Positions 36,145-45,905 of a stretch of 64,000 bases of DNA are shown piece by piece (within the stretch, counting starts at the first letter, position 1; every line of letters begins with the position of its first letter). The DNA comes from an uncultured Bacilli bacterium (GTDB lineage Bacteria; Bacillota_I; Bacilli_A; RFN20; CAG-826). The notes under the pieces are model-generated. The model was not told the origin of the DNA. It made no database searches and worked only from the letters and a program-made list of their open reading frames with translations. Position numbers and translations under genes: made by a program. The DNA lies in the NCBI GenBank assembly GCA_934168325.1, contig CAKPNG010000003.1:918-64917 (forward strand), written 5' to 3'.

Positions 36145-37818
36145 ATGAATAAAAATACAAATACTGTAGATTTATCAACTTATGATCTTGCTGCTGTTAA
36201 ACATGAGATACATATTTATCAAAGAAAATTAGCAGATTTAAGAAAAGATGGATCTACAAAAGTATTAGAACTTGAAGAAGATATTAGTGCAATTAGAAAT
36301 GATAAATTAATATCTAAAGAAGAAAAGAAATCAAAAATTGAAGCCTTAAAAAGTGAAGTAAAATCTGCACAAGGAATTAAGCATAATTATAAAGAAGAAG
36401 AAAAAGCTATTATTGCTGAAGCTAAAAGTTATTTAAATGATAACTTAAGAACATATTATGTTGCCAAAAAGCAAGAAGCAAAAACTTTAAAAGCTGAAGA
36501 AAATGCTCTTTATAAGCAAAAAGTTGAAGAAGAAAAAGAAAGATTTAATAAACTTATTTTTGAAGAAAAAGCTAATGCTGATGGTTCAAGTAGAGAAGAA
36601 GTTTGTCGACGTTTAGCTAATTTAAAAAGAACTCATTCATCTAAATTATTCGAGTTAAAATTAAATCATAAGAAAAGACTTGCTGATATTAAAACAGAAG
36701 TTCATGAAATTTATTTAGATATTGTTAGATATTTAAATAGTTTCAATGATGATAAATTATTAATTAATGAAAAAATAGCTGCAAGTTGGGAAAGATATGT
36801 ATTCCGTTTCAATTTTAAAGATTATTTATTAAGAAATGGTTTATATATTGCTATGGTCTTATTCTTCTTAGTATGTTGTGCAATAAGTAGACCAATGGGC
36901 AAAGGTGATCTTATTGACTCTAAGAATTTATTTGAAATTTTAAATCAATCTTCACCTCGTATTTTCTTAGCTCTTGGTGTTGCTGGTTTAATTCTTCTTG
37001 CTGGTACTGACCTTTCTATTGGTAGAATGGTTGGTATGGGAACTGTTATTACCTGTATATTCTTGTATCCTGGTAAAAATAATGCGCCTATATTTGGAAG
37101 TCAATTTGATTTTACTAGTTTACCTGGTGGAGCTAGAATTTTCCTAGCTTTATTAACAACTATATTCTTTACTACTTTATTCTCATGTATTGCAGGATTC
37201 TTTACAGCTAAATTCAAGATGCATCCATTTATTTCAACAATGGGTACTCAACTTATTATTTTCGGTTTAATGGCTGTTGCTACAGATTCAAAAAATACTG
37301 GTGTTATTGATTTAAGCCTTAAATCAATGATTGCTGGTAAAATTGGTGGTGTATTCCCATTATTATTAATTTACGCAATTATTGGTATTATCATTGTTTC
37401 GTTTATTTGGAATAAAACTAAATTTGGTAAAAATATGTATGCTGTAGGTGGAAATACTGAAGCTGCTAGTGTCTCTGGAATTTCTGTTTTCTGGGTTACT
37501 ATGGGTGTATTTATTATGGCTGGTATTTTATACGGCTTTGGTTCATTCTTTGAAGGAGCTAGAATTGGTACAGCTAAATTCGATACTGGAACTGGTTATG
37601 AAACTGATGCTATCGCTGCTTGTGTTGTTGGTGGTATTTCTTTCTCTGGTGGTATTGGTAAAATAAAAGGTGCTGTTATTGGTGCTATTATCTTTACTGC
37701 TTTAACTTATGCTTTAACTTTCTTAGGTATTAACCCTTATTATCAATTCGTTTTAAGAGGTGTTATTATTATTGTTGCAGTTGCTCTTGACTGCTTAAAA
37801 TACTTAAAGAAAAAATAA
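36145..37818 (+). CDS. CUT2-family sugar ABC permease (MglC/RbsC-like) with a ~235-aa N-terminal charged extension
   Basis: It has an AGGAG RBS. The C-terminal ~320 aa form a typical branched-chain/ribose-type permease core (GTDLSIGRMVG..., YAVGGNTEAASVSGISV). Residues 1-235 are Lys/Glu-rich and lack any transmembrane segment. Confidence 0.8.
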   Translation: MNKNTNTVDLSTYDLAAVKHEIHIYQRKLADLRKDGSTKVLELEEDISAIRNDKLISKEEKKSKIEALKSEVKSAQGIKHNYKEEEKAIIAEAKSYLNDNLRTYYVAKKQEAKTLKAEENALYKQKVEEEKERFNKLIFEEKANADGSSREEVCRRLANLKRTHSSKLFELKLNHKKRLADIKTEVHEIYLDIVRYLNSFNDDKLLINEKIAASWERYVFRFNFKDYLLRNGLYIAMVLFFLVCCAISRPMGKGDLIDSKNLFEILNQSSPRIFLALGVAGLILLAGTDLSIGRMVGMGTVITCIFLYPGKNNAPIFGSQFDFTSLPGGARIFLALLTTIFFTTLFSCIAGFFTAKFKMHPFISTMGTQLIIFGLMAVATDSKNTGVIDLSLKSMIAGKIGGVFPLLLIYAIIGIIIVSFIWNKTKFGKNMYAVGGNTEAASVSGISVFWVTMGVFIMAGILYGFGSFFEGARIGTAKFDTGTGYETDAIAACVVGGISFSGGIGKIKGAVIGAIIFTALTYALTFLGINPYYQFVLRGVIIIVAVALDCLKYLKKK

Positions 37819-37847
37819 TAATTCCAAATTTTAATTATAATGATATT

Positions 37848-37880
37848 AAAATGCGTCCCAATCGGGATGCATTTTGTTTA
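37848..37880 (+). terminator. Rho-independent terminator of the mgl-like operon
   Basis: AAAATGCGTCCC-aatc-GGGATGCATTTT forms the hairpin (one G-U pair), and the T run continues as TTTTGTTT. Confidence 0.75.
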
Positions 37881-37890
37881 TAATATACGT

Positions 37891-38259
37891 ATGGTATTAG
37901 AAATTTTATTTATATCGTTTGCTTTAGGAATTGTAACTAATTATGTATTAGCTATTAAATATCTAAGAGGATTAAGAGGTGAACTTCAAGAAATGAACGA
38001 TACAGTTCTTATTCCTTGCGGTATTTTATGGGGATCAATAGTTTATATTTTATTTTTCTTTATCTTTAAAGAAGTTAGATATAAAGACTATGAAAATAAA
38101 TATCGACTTATTATTTCTCAATCTATATTTTTAGTTTTACAAATTACTTTAGTTATTGTTTTAGGTGTATTAGGTTATTTAAAATTACCTACTAATACAC
38201 CAAATGAAGAAACTACTACTTTATTAATCAATATCATCAATAGTTTTATCTCTTATTGA
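37891..38259 (+). CDS. Small hypothetical membrane protein (3-4 helices)
   Basis: The track start at 37840 falls inside the terminator hairpin, so I use the ATG at 37891. The sequence is hydrophobic and I found no recognisable motif. Its 3' end overlaps the convergent gene by 36 nt. Confidence 0.35.
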   Translation: MVLEILFISFALGIVTNYVLAIKYLRGLRGELQEMNDTVLIPCGILWGSIVYILFFFIFKEVRYKDYENKYRLIISQSIFLVLQITLVIVLGVLGYLKLPTNTPNEETTTLLINIINSFISY

Positions 38260-39039
38260 TTCTAAAAATGTTAAGAATTCAATAATTTGAGAAGGTGAAG
38301 AATCTTCATTAATAGAAATGGTTATTTTCTCGTTTTTTTCTATTTGAAATGTTGAATATAAAAATAAAGTATCTAAATTAACTTCTCTATCAACTATTTT
38401 ATGGTATCCAAAAGGCTTAAAAATAGATAAATAAGATTTAATATCTTTTTCTTTTTTAATGAAATGAGAGTGATAATTTAATAAAGAGAAGATATAAAAA
38501 GATGTTTCATCATCAATTAATATAATATCATCATGATTTTCAAATATATTATTTAAAGGAACAATTTCTTTAAAATCATCAAGAGATTTTAAAGATTTAT
38601 ATAAATCAGTGTTAGTATCAAATTTATCAATTAAACCTAACGATATTTCTTTATCATTTATATGTGTTAAATAATATTTTTTAACTTGATTATATTTTTC
38701 TATTATTGAGTCAATAGATGAGTCTTTTTTATAAAAAAGAAATAGTTTTTTTGTTCTATTAATGGTATCATCATAGATTCTAAAATAAGTATAATTATCA
38801 TTTTGTTTTAATTTTTCAAATGATTCATATGGTTTTATATAATAAGTAATATTTTTTAAATCAGAATCATCGAATTTATTACGTCTACGGACGTTTTTTA
38901 AATCTTCTAATGAAGGATATTCTAAGGCATCAGCTTTTAAAAATATTTCAATATTTCCTTTTATATTACTATAAGAACTTAAAGCTTCACTTATAACATG
39001 TTTATTTTTAAAATCATTGATATCTATATATATTTTCAT
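38224..39039 (-). CDS. Hypothetical cytoplasmic protein, unknown function
   Basis: I prefer the ATG at 39039, with AGGAG 9 nt upstream on the - strand (MKIYIDINDFKNK...). The track extends to 39075. It is the only - strand gene in a 30-kb + strand block. I recognised no motif. Confidence 0.55.
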   Translation of the reverse strand: MKIYIDINDFKNKHVISEALSSYSNIKGNIEIFLKADALEYPSLEDLKNVRRRNKFDDSDLKNITYYIKPYESFEKLKQNDNYTYFRIYDDTINRTKKLFLFYKKDSSIDSIIEKYNQVKKYYLTHINDKEISLGLIDKFDTNTDLYKSLKSLDDFKEIVPLNNIFENHDDIILIDDETSFYIFSLLNYHSHFIKKEKDIKSYLSIFKPFGYHKIVDREVNLDTLFLYSTFQIEKNEKITISINEDSSPSQIIEFLTFLESIRDKTIDDID

Positions 39040-39184
39040 TTTTATAACTCCTATATCTCTCAAATACTCTAACATTATAACATAAATGTAATCGATATTA
39101 ATTTTCTTATTATATAAAAAATGAATAAAATAATAGCTATATTATGCGATAAAACTTTGTTTTTAAAGCAATTAAAACATATTT

Positions 39185-39199
39185 ACTAAATCGTTTTAG
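39185..39199 (+). promoter_or_regulatory. LacI-family operator O1 (upstream of -35)
   Basis: ACTAAATCGTTTTAG has a central CG and AAA/TTT arms. It is the exact reverse complement of the 15-mer at 39243-39257. Confidence 0.6.
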
Positions 39200-39206
39200 A
39201 AAAATA

Positions 39207-39235
39207 TTTACAAACGAATTTTAATGTTGTATAGT
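39207..39235 (+). promoter_or_regulatory. Putative sigma-A promoter of the LacI-controlled operon
   Basis: TTTACA (39207-39212), a 17-nt spacer and TATAGT (39230-39235), with TG immediately upstream of the -10 box. Confidence 0.5.
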
Positions 39236-39242
39236 AAAGTTA

Positions 39243-39257
39243 CTAAAACGATTTAGT
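39243..39257 (+). promoter_or_regulatory. LacI-family operator O2 (between -10 and the RBS)
   Basis: CTAAAACGATTTAGT is the reverse complement of O1. Extended to ACTAAAACGATTTAGT it is a 14/16 symmetric palindrome. Confidence 0.6.
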
Positions 39258-39270
39258 TGGAGCTAATAAT

Positions 39271-41238
39271 ATGGCAAATTTATCGCTTAAACACATTTAC
39301 AAAATATATGAAAACGGCACTAGAGCTGTTGATGATTTTAATTTAGAAATTAAAGATGATGAATTTATAGTTTTTGTAGGACCTAGTGGATGCGGTAAAT
39401 CTACTACTTTAAGAATGATTGCAGGGCTTGAAGAAATTACTGCAGGAGATTTTTATATTGATGGTGTTTTAGCTAATAATTTAGAACCAAAAGATCGTGA
39501 TATGGCGATGGTTTTCCAAAATTATGCTCTTTATCCACATATGTCAGTTTATGATAATATGGCTTTTGGATTAAAAATTAGACATGTTAATAAAGAAGAA
39601 ATAGATAAAAGAGTTCATGAAGCTGCTAAAATTTTAGATATTGAAAATCAATTAGATAAAAAACCTAAAAATATGAGTGGTGGTCAAAGACAACGTGTTG
39701 CTTTAGGTAGAGCCATCGTTAGAAAACCTAAAGTATTTTTACTTGATGAGCCTTTAAGTAATTTAGATGCTAAACTAAGAAGTTCAATGAGAAGTGAAAT
39801 AACTAGATTGCATAATGTTTTAAAAACTACTTTTATTTATGTTACTCATGATCAAGTTGAAGCGATGACTATGGGTAGTAGGATTGTTGTTATGAAAGAA
39901 GGTGTTATTAAACAAGTTGATACACCAATGAATTTATATGATTATCCTGAAAATATATTTGTTGCTGGATTTATTGGAACTCCTCAAATGAATTTTATTA
40001 ATGCTAAATTAGATTATGATAAAGAAGAAATATTATTAAAAACTATTTTTAAAGATATAAGTTGTTCTATATCTGATATTTCTAAGATTGATAAATTAAA
40101 TATTATTAAGAAAAAAGATATTGTAATTGGAGTTAGACCTGAACATATTTCAATATGTAATAAAGATGATATTAATGCTTTTGAATGTGAAGTTGTAGTA
40201 ATTGAGAATTTAGGTAATGAAGCTAATATTATTGTAGAAACTACTTCTAATAAAGAGAAATTAGTTATTAAAACTATTAGAAATGATTTATTAAATGTAG
40301 GTAGTCATATTTATATTAAATTTAATATTAATAAAATACATCTATTCTTAAAAGAAGATGAACATACTTTATTAAATAGAATTCCAAAATCATTTACTAT
40401 TAATGCTAAATTATTTAATAAAGAATTAACTTTATTAAATAATAAAATAATATTAAATGATTATTTATATAATAAGATTAAAGATAATAAAGAATTATTA
40501 TTAAATATACCTTTAGATGCTTTGCATATTGGTAATGAATTTGAATTAATTATTACTAAAAAAGAAAAGATTAATAATAAATGGTTATATGAAGTTAAAT
40601 TAAATGATGAATATTTATATTATGCTGATGATAATTATATTGATGGAGATAAATTAAATATATCAATAGATTTATCTAAAGTTAGTTTTTATGATATTAA
40701 TGGTAATTTAATATTAGATAGATTAAATAAAGATAATATAATTGATGGTGAATTAACTGAGATTAAAAAGAAATTACCTTGTAAGAAAAATAATTTAGTT
40801 GATGTTGATTTATATAATAAATATTTATTAGCTTTATCTAATAATGATACTAATTTACTAAAAGAATTAAATATTAAAGAAAAAGTAAGAAAAGTATTTA
40901 ATTATAAGTTATTAAATACTGAAATAGAAACGTCAATAGAAAATATAATTAAAATTTATGGTTTATTAGGAAAGAAATTTTATTTACATCATATTGGCTA
41001 TATTTCAAATGCTGATAATTTAAAAATAGAAGAAAGAGGGGAGATTAGAGGGGTTATTGAAGAAATAATCGACTTTAATATTTCTAAATATTATAAAGTT
41101 AAATTATTAGATTTAGATAAAACTATAATAGTAAAAGATAACGATAATAATTGTAATATAAATGATAATGTCAATATATTAATTGATAAAGATCATATTG
41201 GTGTTATTGATAAAGACTTTAATGTGAGGTTAATTTAA
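39271..41238 (+). CDS. MsmX/MalK/UgpC-type ABC ATPase with a ~295-aa C-terminal extension
   Basis: It has a canonical NBD ([50 protein letters not shown]). The TOBE-like domain ends at ...NINKIHLF (about 40350). A further ~295 aa of Asn/Lys/Ile-rich sequence follows with no motif I recognise. Confidence 0.85.
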   Translation: MANLSLKHIYKIYENGTRAVDDFNLEIKDDEFIVFVGPSGCGKSTTLRMIAGLEEITAGDFYIDGVLANNLEPKDRDMAMVFQNYALYPHMSVYDNMAFGLKIRHVNKEEIDKRVHEAAKILDIENQLDKKPKNMSGGQRQRVALGRAIVRKPKVFLLDEPLSNLDAKLRSSMRSEITRLHNVLKTTFIYVTHDQVEAMTMGSRIVVMKEGVIKQVDTPMNLYDYPENIFVAGFIGTPQMNFINAKLDYDKEEILLKTIFKDISCSISDISKIDKLNIIKKKDIVIGVRPEHISICNKDDINAFECEVVVIENLGNEANIIVETTSNKEKLVIKTIRNDLLNVGSHIYIKFNINKIHLFLKEDEHTLLNRIPKSFTINAKLFNKELTLLNNKIILNDYLYNKIKDNKELLLNIPLDALHIGNEFELIITKKEKINNKWLYEVKLNDEYLYYADDNYIDGDKLNISIDLSKVSFYDINGNLILDRLNKDNIIDGELTEIKKKLPCKKNNLVDVDLYNKYLLALSNNDTNLLKELNIKEKVRKVFNYKLLNTEIETSIENIIKIYGLLGKKFYLHHIGYISNADNLKIEERGEIRGVIEEIIDFNISKYYKVKLLDLDKTIIVKDNDNNCNINDNVNILIDKDHIGVIDKDFNVRLI

Positions 41239-42248
41239 TGGGTGTCACAATAAAAGATATTGCAAAAGAATGTAATTGCTCAATAACTTCCGTTAGCTTT
41301 GTTTTAAATGATAAAAGTGATTTAGTAGGTAAAGAAACTGCTGAAAGAATTTTAGCTACTTGTAAAAAATATAATTATAAACCTAATTATATTGCTGCTG
41401 CTTTAAAAAATAAAACTACTAAAACAGTTGGTATATTAATTCCTGATATTGAAAATAGTTATTATGCTCGAATTATTAAATGTTTAGAAAATTTATTAAA
41501 AGAAAAAGGATATTCATTAATATTCGCTGATTCTGGTTATAATTTTGATCAATTTGAAAAGAATGTAATTGATATTACAAATAGATCAATTGATTATTTA
41601 ATAATTGTTCCACCAAGTTTATTCCAAGAAGTAGATGAAGAAAAAATTAATAGTGTTGCTAAAATGATTACTGTCCCTTATGTAATTTTAGATAGAAAAA
41701 TATCATTTGGAGATTGTCCTATTATTATTAATGATGATATTAAAGGTGGATATTTAGCTACTAAATATTTAATTGATTTAGGACATAAAAAAATTGCTTG
41801 TATTACTGGACCTAAAAATATTTCTTCATCATTAGAAAGATTAAAAGGTTATAAAAAAGCTTTAAAAGAAGCTCATATTCCTTTTGATAATAGTTTATTG
41901 GTAGAAGGAAATTATAGATTTGAAGGATCTATTAATGTTGCTAAAGATATTATTTTAAATAAAAAAGCCGATGCAATCTTTGCTTTTAATGATTTAAGTG
42001 CTTATGCTGTATATAAAATAGCTAATGATAATGATATTAAAATTGGTGAAGATTTATCTTTAGTTGGATTTGATGATAACCAATTTTCTGGCTTAATATC
42101 TCCAGGACTTACTAGTGTAAAACAAAATATTGAAGGTTTATGTAAAACTGTGATAAAGAAATTAATGAGTGGTAATCAAACAAATAATACAACAAAGATT
42201 GAACCAACATTAACGATTAGAGGAAGTGTAAAAAATGTTAAGTCTTAA
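41238..42248 (+). CDS. LacI/GalR-family transcriptional repressor
   Basis: It has the N-terminal HTH VTIKDIAKECNCSITSVSFVLN and a periplasmic-binding-protein-like effector domain (LVGFDD). The start overlaps the upstream stop (TAATG). Confidence 0.85.
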   Translation: MGVTIKDIAKECNCSITSVSFVLNDKSDLVGKETAERILATCKKYNYKPNYIAAALKNKTTKTVGILIPDIENSYYARIIKCLENLLKEKGYSLIFADSGYNFDQFEKNVIDITNRSIDYLIIVPPSLFQEVDEEKINSVAKMITVPYVILDRKISFGDCPIIINDDIKGGYLATKYLIDLGHKKIACITGPKNISSSLERLKGYKKALKEAHIPFDNSLLVEGNYRFEGSINVAKDIILNKKADAIFAFNDLSAYAVYKIANDNDIKIGEDLSLVGFDDNQFSGLISPGLTSVKQNIEGLCKTVIKKLMSGNQTNNTTKIEPTLTIRGSVKNVKS

Positions 42249-43227
42249 GTTAAAAAAGAAAATCAAACCTTATGATGAAGCATTAAAAACTATTTCTCCA
42301 TTAGCTAGACATCATAAAGAGAAGAAATGGAATAAAAGTAGTATTGAATTAATGACTATGGTTTCTTTTGGAATAGTTTTTATTGCAATATTTGCTTATT
42401 TACCAATGTTTGGATTAATTTTAGCTTTTAAAAGTGGTGATGGATATTTAAATATTATGCAAGCAATATTTGACTCAAGTTGGGTTGGATTTGATAATTT
42501 TAAAACATTTTTTGAAGATCCTGAATTTAGTAACGTTATGTTAAATACATTAGGATTAAATATTTTACAATTATGTATTAATTTTCCATTACCTATATTT
42601 TTTGCAATATTATTAAGTGAATTACCTTGGAAAAAGATACGTAAAACTATTCAAGTTATTACTTATTTTCCTTATTTTTTAAGTTGGATTACTTATGGTG
42701 CAATTATTTTAGCTTTAATAAATAGTGATGGAATTATTAATGTAATATTACTTAAAACTGGAATTATCGATCAAGCAATTAATTTTGGAGAACCTCAATA
42801 TTTTTGGGCAACTATTATTATAACTTCTTTACTTAAAGGTATGGGTTGGGGAAGTGTAATTTATGTTGCTGCTATTGCTGGTATTGATCCACAATTATTT
42901 GAAGCTGCTGATATGGATGGTGCAAATAGATTTTATAGAATTTTCCATATCACAATTCCTTCAATTGCGCCTACTATAATTTTATTCTTTATTTTGTCAG
43001 TCAGTGGATTATTAAATAATGGCTTTGATCACATATATACCTTCCAAAACCAGATTAATTTATCGAAATCGGAGGTTTTAGATACCTATATTTATAAGTA
43101 TGGAACTGTCAATCTACAATACTCTTATACGACAGCTGTTGGCTTATTTAAATCAATTGTTGCAGTTATTTTATTAGGCTGTGGAAACTTTGTTGCTAAG
43201 AAAACAACAGGAAGTGGGATTTTCTAA
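42235..43227 (+). CDS. ABC sugar permease (LplB/YteP-like)
   Basis: It has the EAA loop LFEAADMDGANRFYRIFHITIPSI and is a paralogue of 7306-8334. Confidence 0.85.
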   Translation: MLSLKLKKKIKPYDEALKTISPLARHHKEKKWNKSSIELMTMVSFGIVFIAIFAYLPMFGLILAFKSGDGYLNIMQAIFDSSWVGFDNFKTFFEDPEFSNVMLNTLGLNILQLCINFPLPIFFAILLSELPWKKIRKTIQVITYFPYFLSWITYGAIILALINSDGIINVILLKTGIIDQAINFGEPQYFWATIIITSLLKGMGWGSVIYVAAIAGIDPQLFEAADMDGANRFYRIFHITIPSIAPTIILFFILSVSGLLNNGFDHIYTFQNQINLSKSEVLDTYIYKYGTVNLQYSYTTAVGLFKSIVAVILLGCGNFVAKKTTGSGIF

Positions 43228-44150
43228 TGGTTAAGCATAAGATATATAAAAAGAATCAATTAATGATTGGAAGTAATGGAAGAAAACAAAAGAAGCATAC
43301 TTTTGATTGGATAAATTTAGTTGTTTTAAGTGTCTTTGCTTTAGCTAGTATTTATCCTTTAATATACGTTATTGCTGGTTCATTTAATGAAGGCAGTGAT
43401 TATATTAATGGTGGTATCTGGTTATATCCTCGTGTATTTTCTTTAGAAAATTATCAAGTTGTTTTAAATGATGCTAGATTATGGAAAAGTTATGGAATAA
43501 CTATTGCTAGAACTGTTATTGGAACTATTGCTAGTGTTTTATACACTGCAGTTGTTGCTTATGCAATGAGTAGACCTAATCTAGTTGGTAAACCTATTAT
43601 TTATAGATTCTTTATTATTACAATGTTTTTTGGTGGAGGACTTATTCCTTATTTCTGGGTTATTAATTTATTAGGTTTATTTGATAATTTCTTAGTTTAT
43701 ATAATTCCTGCTTTATTCTCTGTTTATAATATGTTAGTTTTTGTAAATTTCTTTAAAGGAATACCTGAAGAAATTCATGAATCTGCTGTAATGGATGGAG
43801 CTAGTGAATTTAAAATATTCTTTTCAATTATGCTTCCTTTAAGTGGTCCTGTTTTATCAACTGTTGCTTTATGGAATGCCGTGGGTCACTGGAATTCTTT
43901 TTTCGATACGATGATTTATACATCTAGTGAGAATTTATGGACTTTACAATATTATTTAATGAAAGTTATTAAAGAATCATCAATGCCTGCTGCTGGAGTT
44001 AATTTACCAATTGAATTATTGAATAAAATTGCTCCTGAAACTGTCTCTTTAGCAGCAATTATGGTTAGTGTTATTCCAATATTTATTTTATATCCAGTAA
44101 TTTTAAAAACCTTAACAAAAGGAGTAGTAGTTGGCTCTTTAAAAGGTTAA
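43227..44150 (+). CDS. ABC sugar permease (LplC/YtcP-like)
   Basis: It has the EAA loop IHESAVMDGASEFKIFFSIMLPLSGP and is a paralogue of 8336-9241. Confidence 0.85.
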   Translation: MVKHKIYKKNQLMIGSNGRKQKKHTFDWINLVVLSVFALASIYPLIYVIAGSFNEGSDYINGGIWLYPRVFSLENYQVVLNDARLWKSYGITIARTVIGTIASVLYTAVVAYAMSRPNLVGKPIIYRFFIITMFFGGGLIPYFWVINLLGLFDNFLVYIIPALFSVYNMLVFVNFFKGIPEEIHESAVMDGASEFKIFFSIMLPLSGPVLSTVALWNAVGHWNSFFDTMIYTSSENLWTLQYYLMKVIKESSMPAAGVNLPIELLNKIAPETVSLAAIMVSVIPIFILYPVILKTLTKGVVVGSLKG

Positions 44151-44165
44151 TAGGAGGTTATCTTT

Positions 44166-45905
44166 ATGCATAAAAAAATTACTTTATTATTTTTAATGTC
44201 ATTAATGACTTTAAGTTTAGTTAGTTGTGGTAATAATAAAACTGCAACTTATCCTAATTTTCCTAATACTCCAGGCGATAAAGATTCTTGGGAATATCTT
44301 AAAGATGAAAATGGAAAAGTCGAAAGTTGGGATTTAGAATGGTATGTTAATGATTCTTCATTTTCTTGGAATACATATGGAAATGATCGAGTTAGTGAGA
44401 TAATTAAAGAAAAAACAGGTGTTAATATTAAATTTGTTTCTCCTGTTACTGATGATAATCAAAAATTATCTACTTTAATTAGTGGTAATAAATTACCTGA
44501 TATGATAAGTGTTCAATCTTGGTATAGTCAATGTTCTCAACTTGCTAATCAAGGATATTTATATTCTTTAGATGGTTTAATTGAAAGATGGGCTCCTTCT
44601 TTTAAAAATAAGATCCAAGAAGATATGTGGAATTATTTTAAAGAAGGTGATGGTAATACTTATGGTGTACCTAATTTTGCTTATTCTACTAAATATATAA
44701 GTGATGATGAAAAATTAGAACCTAATGGATGTTTAATGGTTAGAGAAGATTGGTATAAAGAAGCTTATCTAGCAGGTTATGATATGACAACTACTAAATC
44801 TTTTATTCAAGGTTGTAAATATATTAAAAATAAATATGAAGAAGCTATTCCTTTCCAATTAGATGCTTTTACTGGTGAAGGAAATGACTCAATTGATTGG
44901 CTAGCTCAATATTTTTGTTCATCTTATGAAGATAAAGATGGTAATTATTTAGATATTAGATTAACTGATCGATATAAAGAAATGCTTGGTTTTTTAAATG
45001 AATGTAATAAAGAAGAAATTATTAGACCAAGTAATTATTCTGATAAAGCTGCTCAAATTAGAACTAATATATCTAGAGGTAATTGTTTTGTAACTGCTGT
45101 TACTCCTCAAGATTATCAAGCTGCATTTTTAAATGCTTATGCTGATAATAAAACATATGTTCCTTTAATATTAAAAAATAAAGATAATGAAGCTCCTATT
45201 TTACAAGATATTTCTGGTAATGGTTATTTATTAACAATGATTACTAGAAATTGTAAAAGACCTGATAAAGCTATTAAATTATTAGAATTTTTATATAGTG
45301 AAGAAGGTCAAAGATTAGTTGCTTTTGGTGTTGAAGGTGAATCTTATACTTGGAATGATACTCATACTGAAATTAGTTGGACTGATCGATATATTAGTGG
45401 TGTTAATGGTAATAAAGAAGATCAAGCTTGGATCAATAGTTTAGGTTTATATAACATGACTTTAGTTATGAATTTAGCTTATATTAATAAGCTTAAACCA
45501 TTAAATGGTCGTAAAGATAAAGATATTTATATTGATAATATGAAAAGACCTTTAACTCCTTATTCATATAATTTTAAACCAACTTTCTTAAAGCATGATA
45601 CCGGTGATAAATCTTATTTTAATGTAACAACAACCGCTAATAAGATTAAAACTAAATGGGCTGAAGCTTTAATTAAGATTATTAGAGCAGAAAATTACGA
45701 AACAGAATATGATAGTGCTATTAATTATGCTAAAAGACAAGGTTTAGAAAAAGTTATTACATTTTATAAACAAAGTTATACAAATACTAAAAAAATATTA
45801 GGCGTTACTTATGGATATCCTAAAAATAATCCATCTTATAAAGAACCTACTTTTGTAACTAGTAATGGAGATTTTTCTTATTGGAGAGGAGCAACACATG
45901 AATAA
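44166..45905 (+). CDS. ABC transporter solute-binding lipoprotein (large family-1 SBP)
   Basis: It has a GGAGG RBS. The lipobox is LMSLMTLSLVSCGN. It is 579 aa and adjacent to the permeases. Confidence 0.8.
   Translation: MHKKITLLFLMSLMTLSLVSCGNNKTATYPNFPNTPGDKDSWEYLKDENGKVESWDLEWYVNDSSFSWNTYGNDRVSEIIKEKTGVNIKFVSPVTDDNQKLSTLISGNKLPDMISVQSWYSQCSQLANQGYLYSLDGLIERWAPSFKNKIQEDMWNYFKEGDGNTYGVPNFAYSTKYISDDEKLEPNGCLMVREDWYKEAYLAGYDMTTTKSFIQGCKYIKNKYEEAIPFQLDAFTGEGNDSIDWLAQYFCSSYEDKDGNYLDIRLTDRYKEMLGFLNECNKEEIIRPSNYSDKAAQIRTNISRGNCFVTAVTPQDYQAAFLNAYADNKTYVPLILKNKDNEAPILQDISGNGYLLTMITRNCKRPDKAIKLLEFLYSEEGQRLVAFGVEGESYTWNDTHTEISWTDRYISGVNGNKEDQAWINSLGLYNMTLVMNLAYINKLKPLNGRKDKDIYIDNMKRPLTPYSYNFKPTFLKHDTGDKSYFNVTTTANKIKTKWAEALIKIIRAENYETEYDSAINYAKRQGLEKVITFYKQSYTNTKKILGVTYGYPKNNPSYKEPTFVTSNGDFSYWRGATHE

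Noticed and set aside
37840-37890. ATG 37840 start of the small membrane ORF
   Set aside because: The first 12 codons would be encoded by the terminator hairpin of the upstream operon, so a downstream ATG (37891) is more plausible. The ORF itself remains low-confidence.
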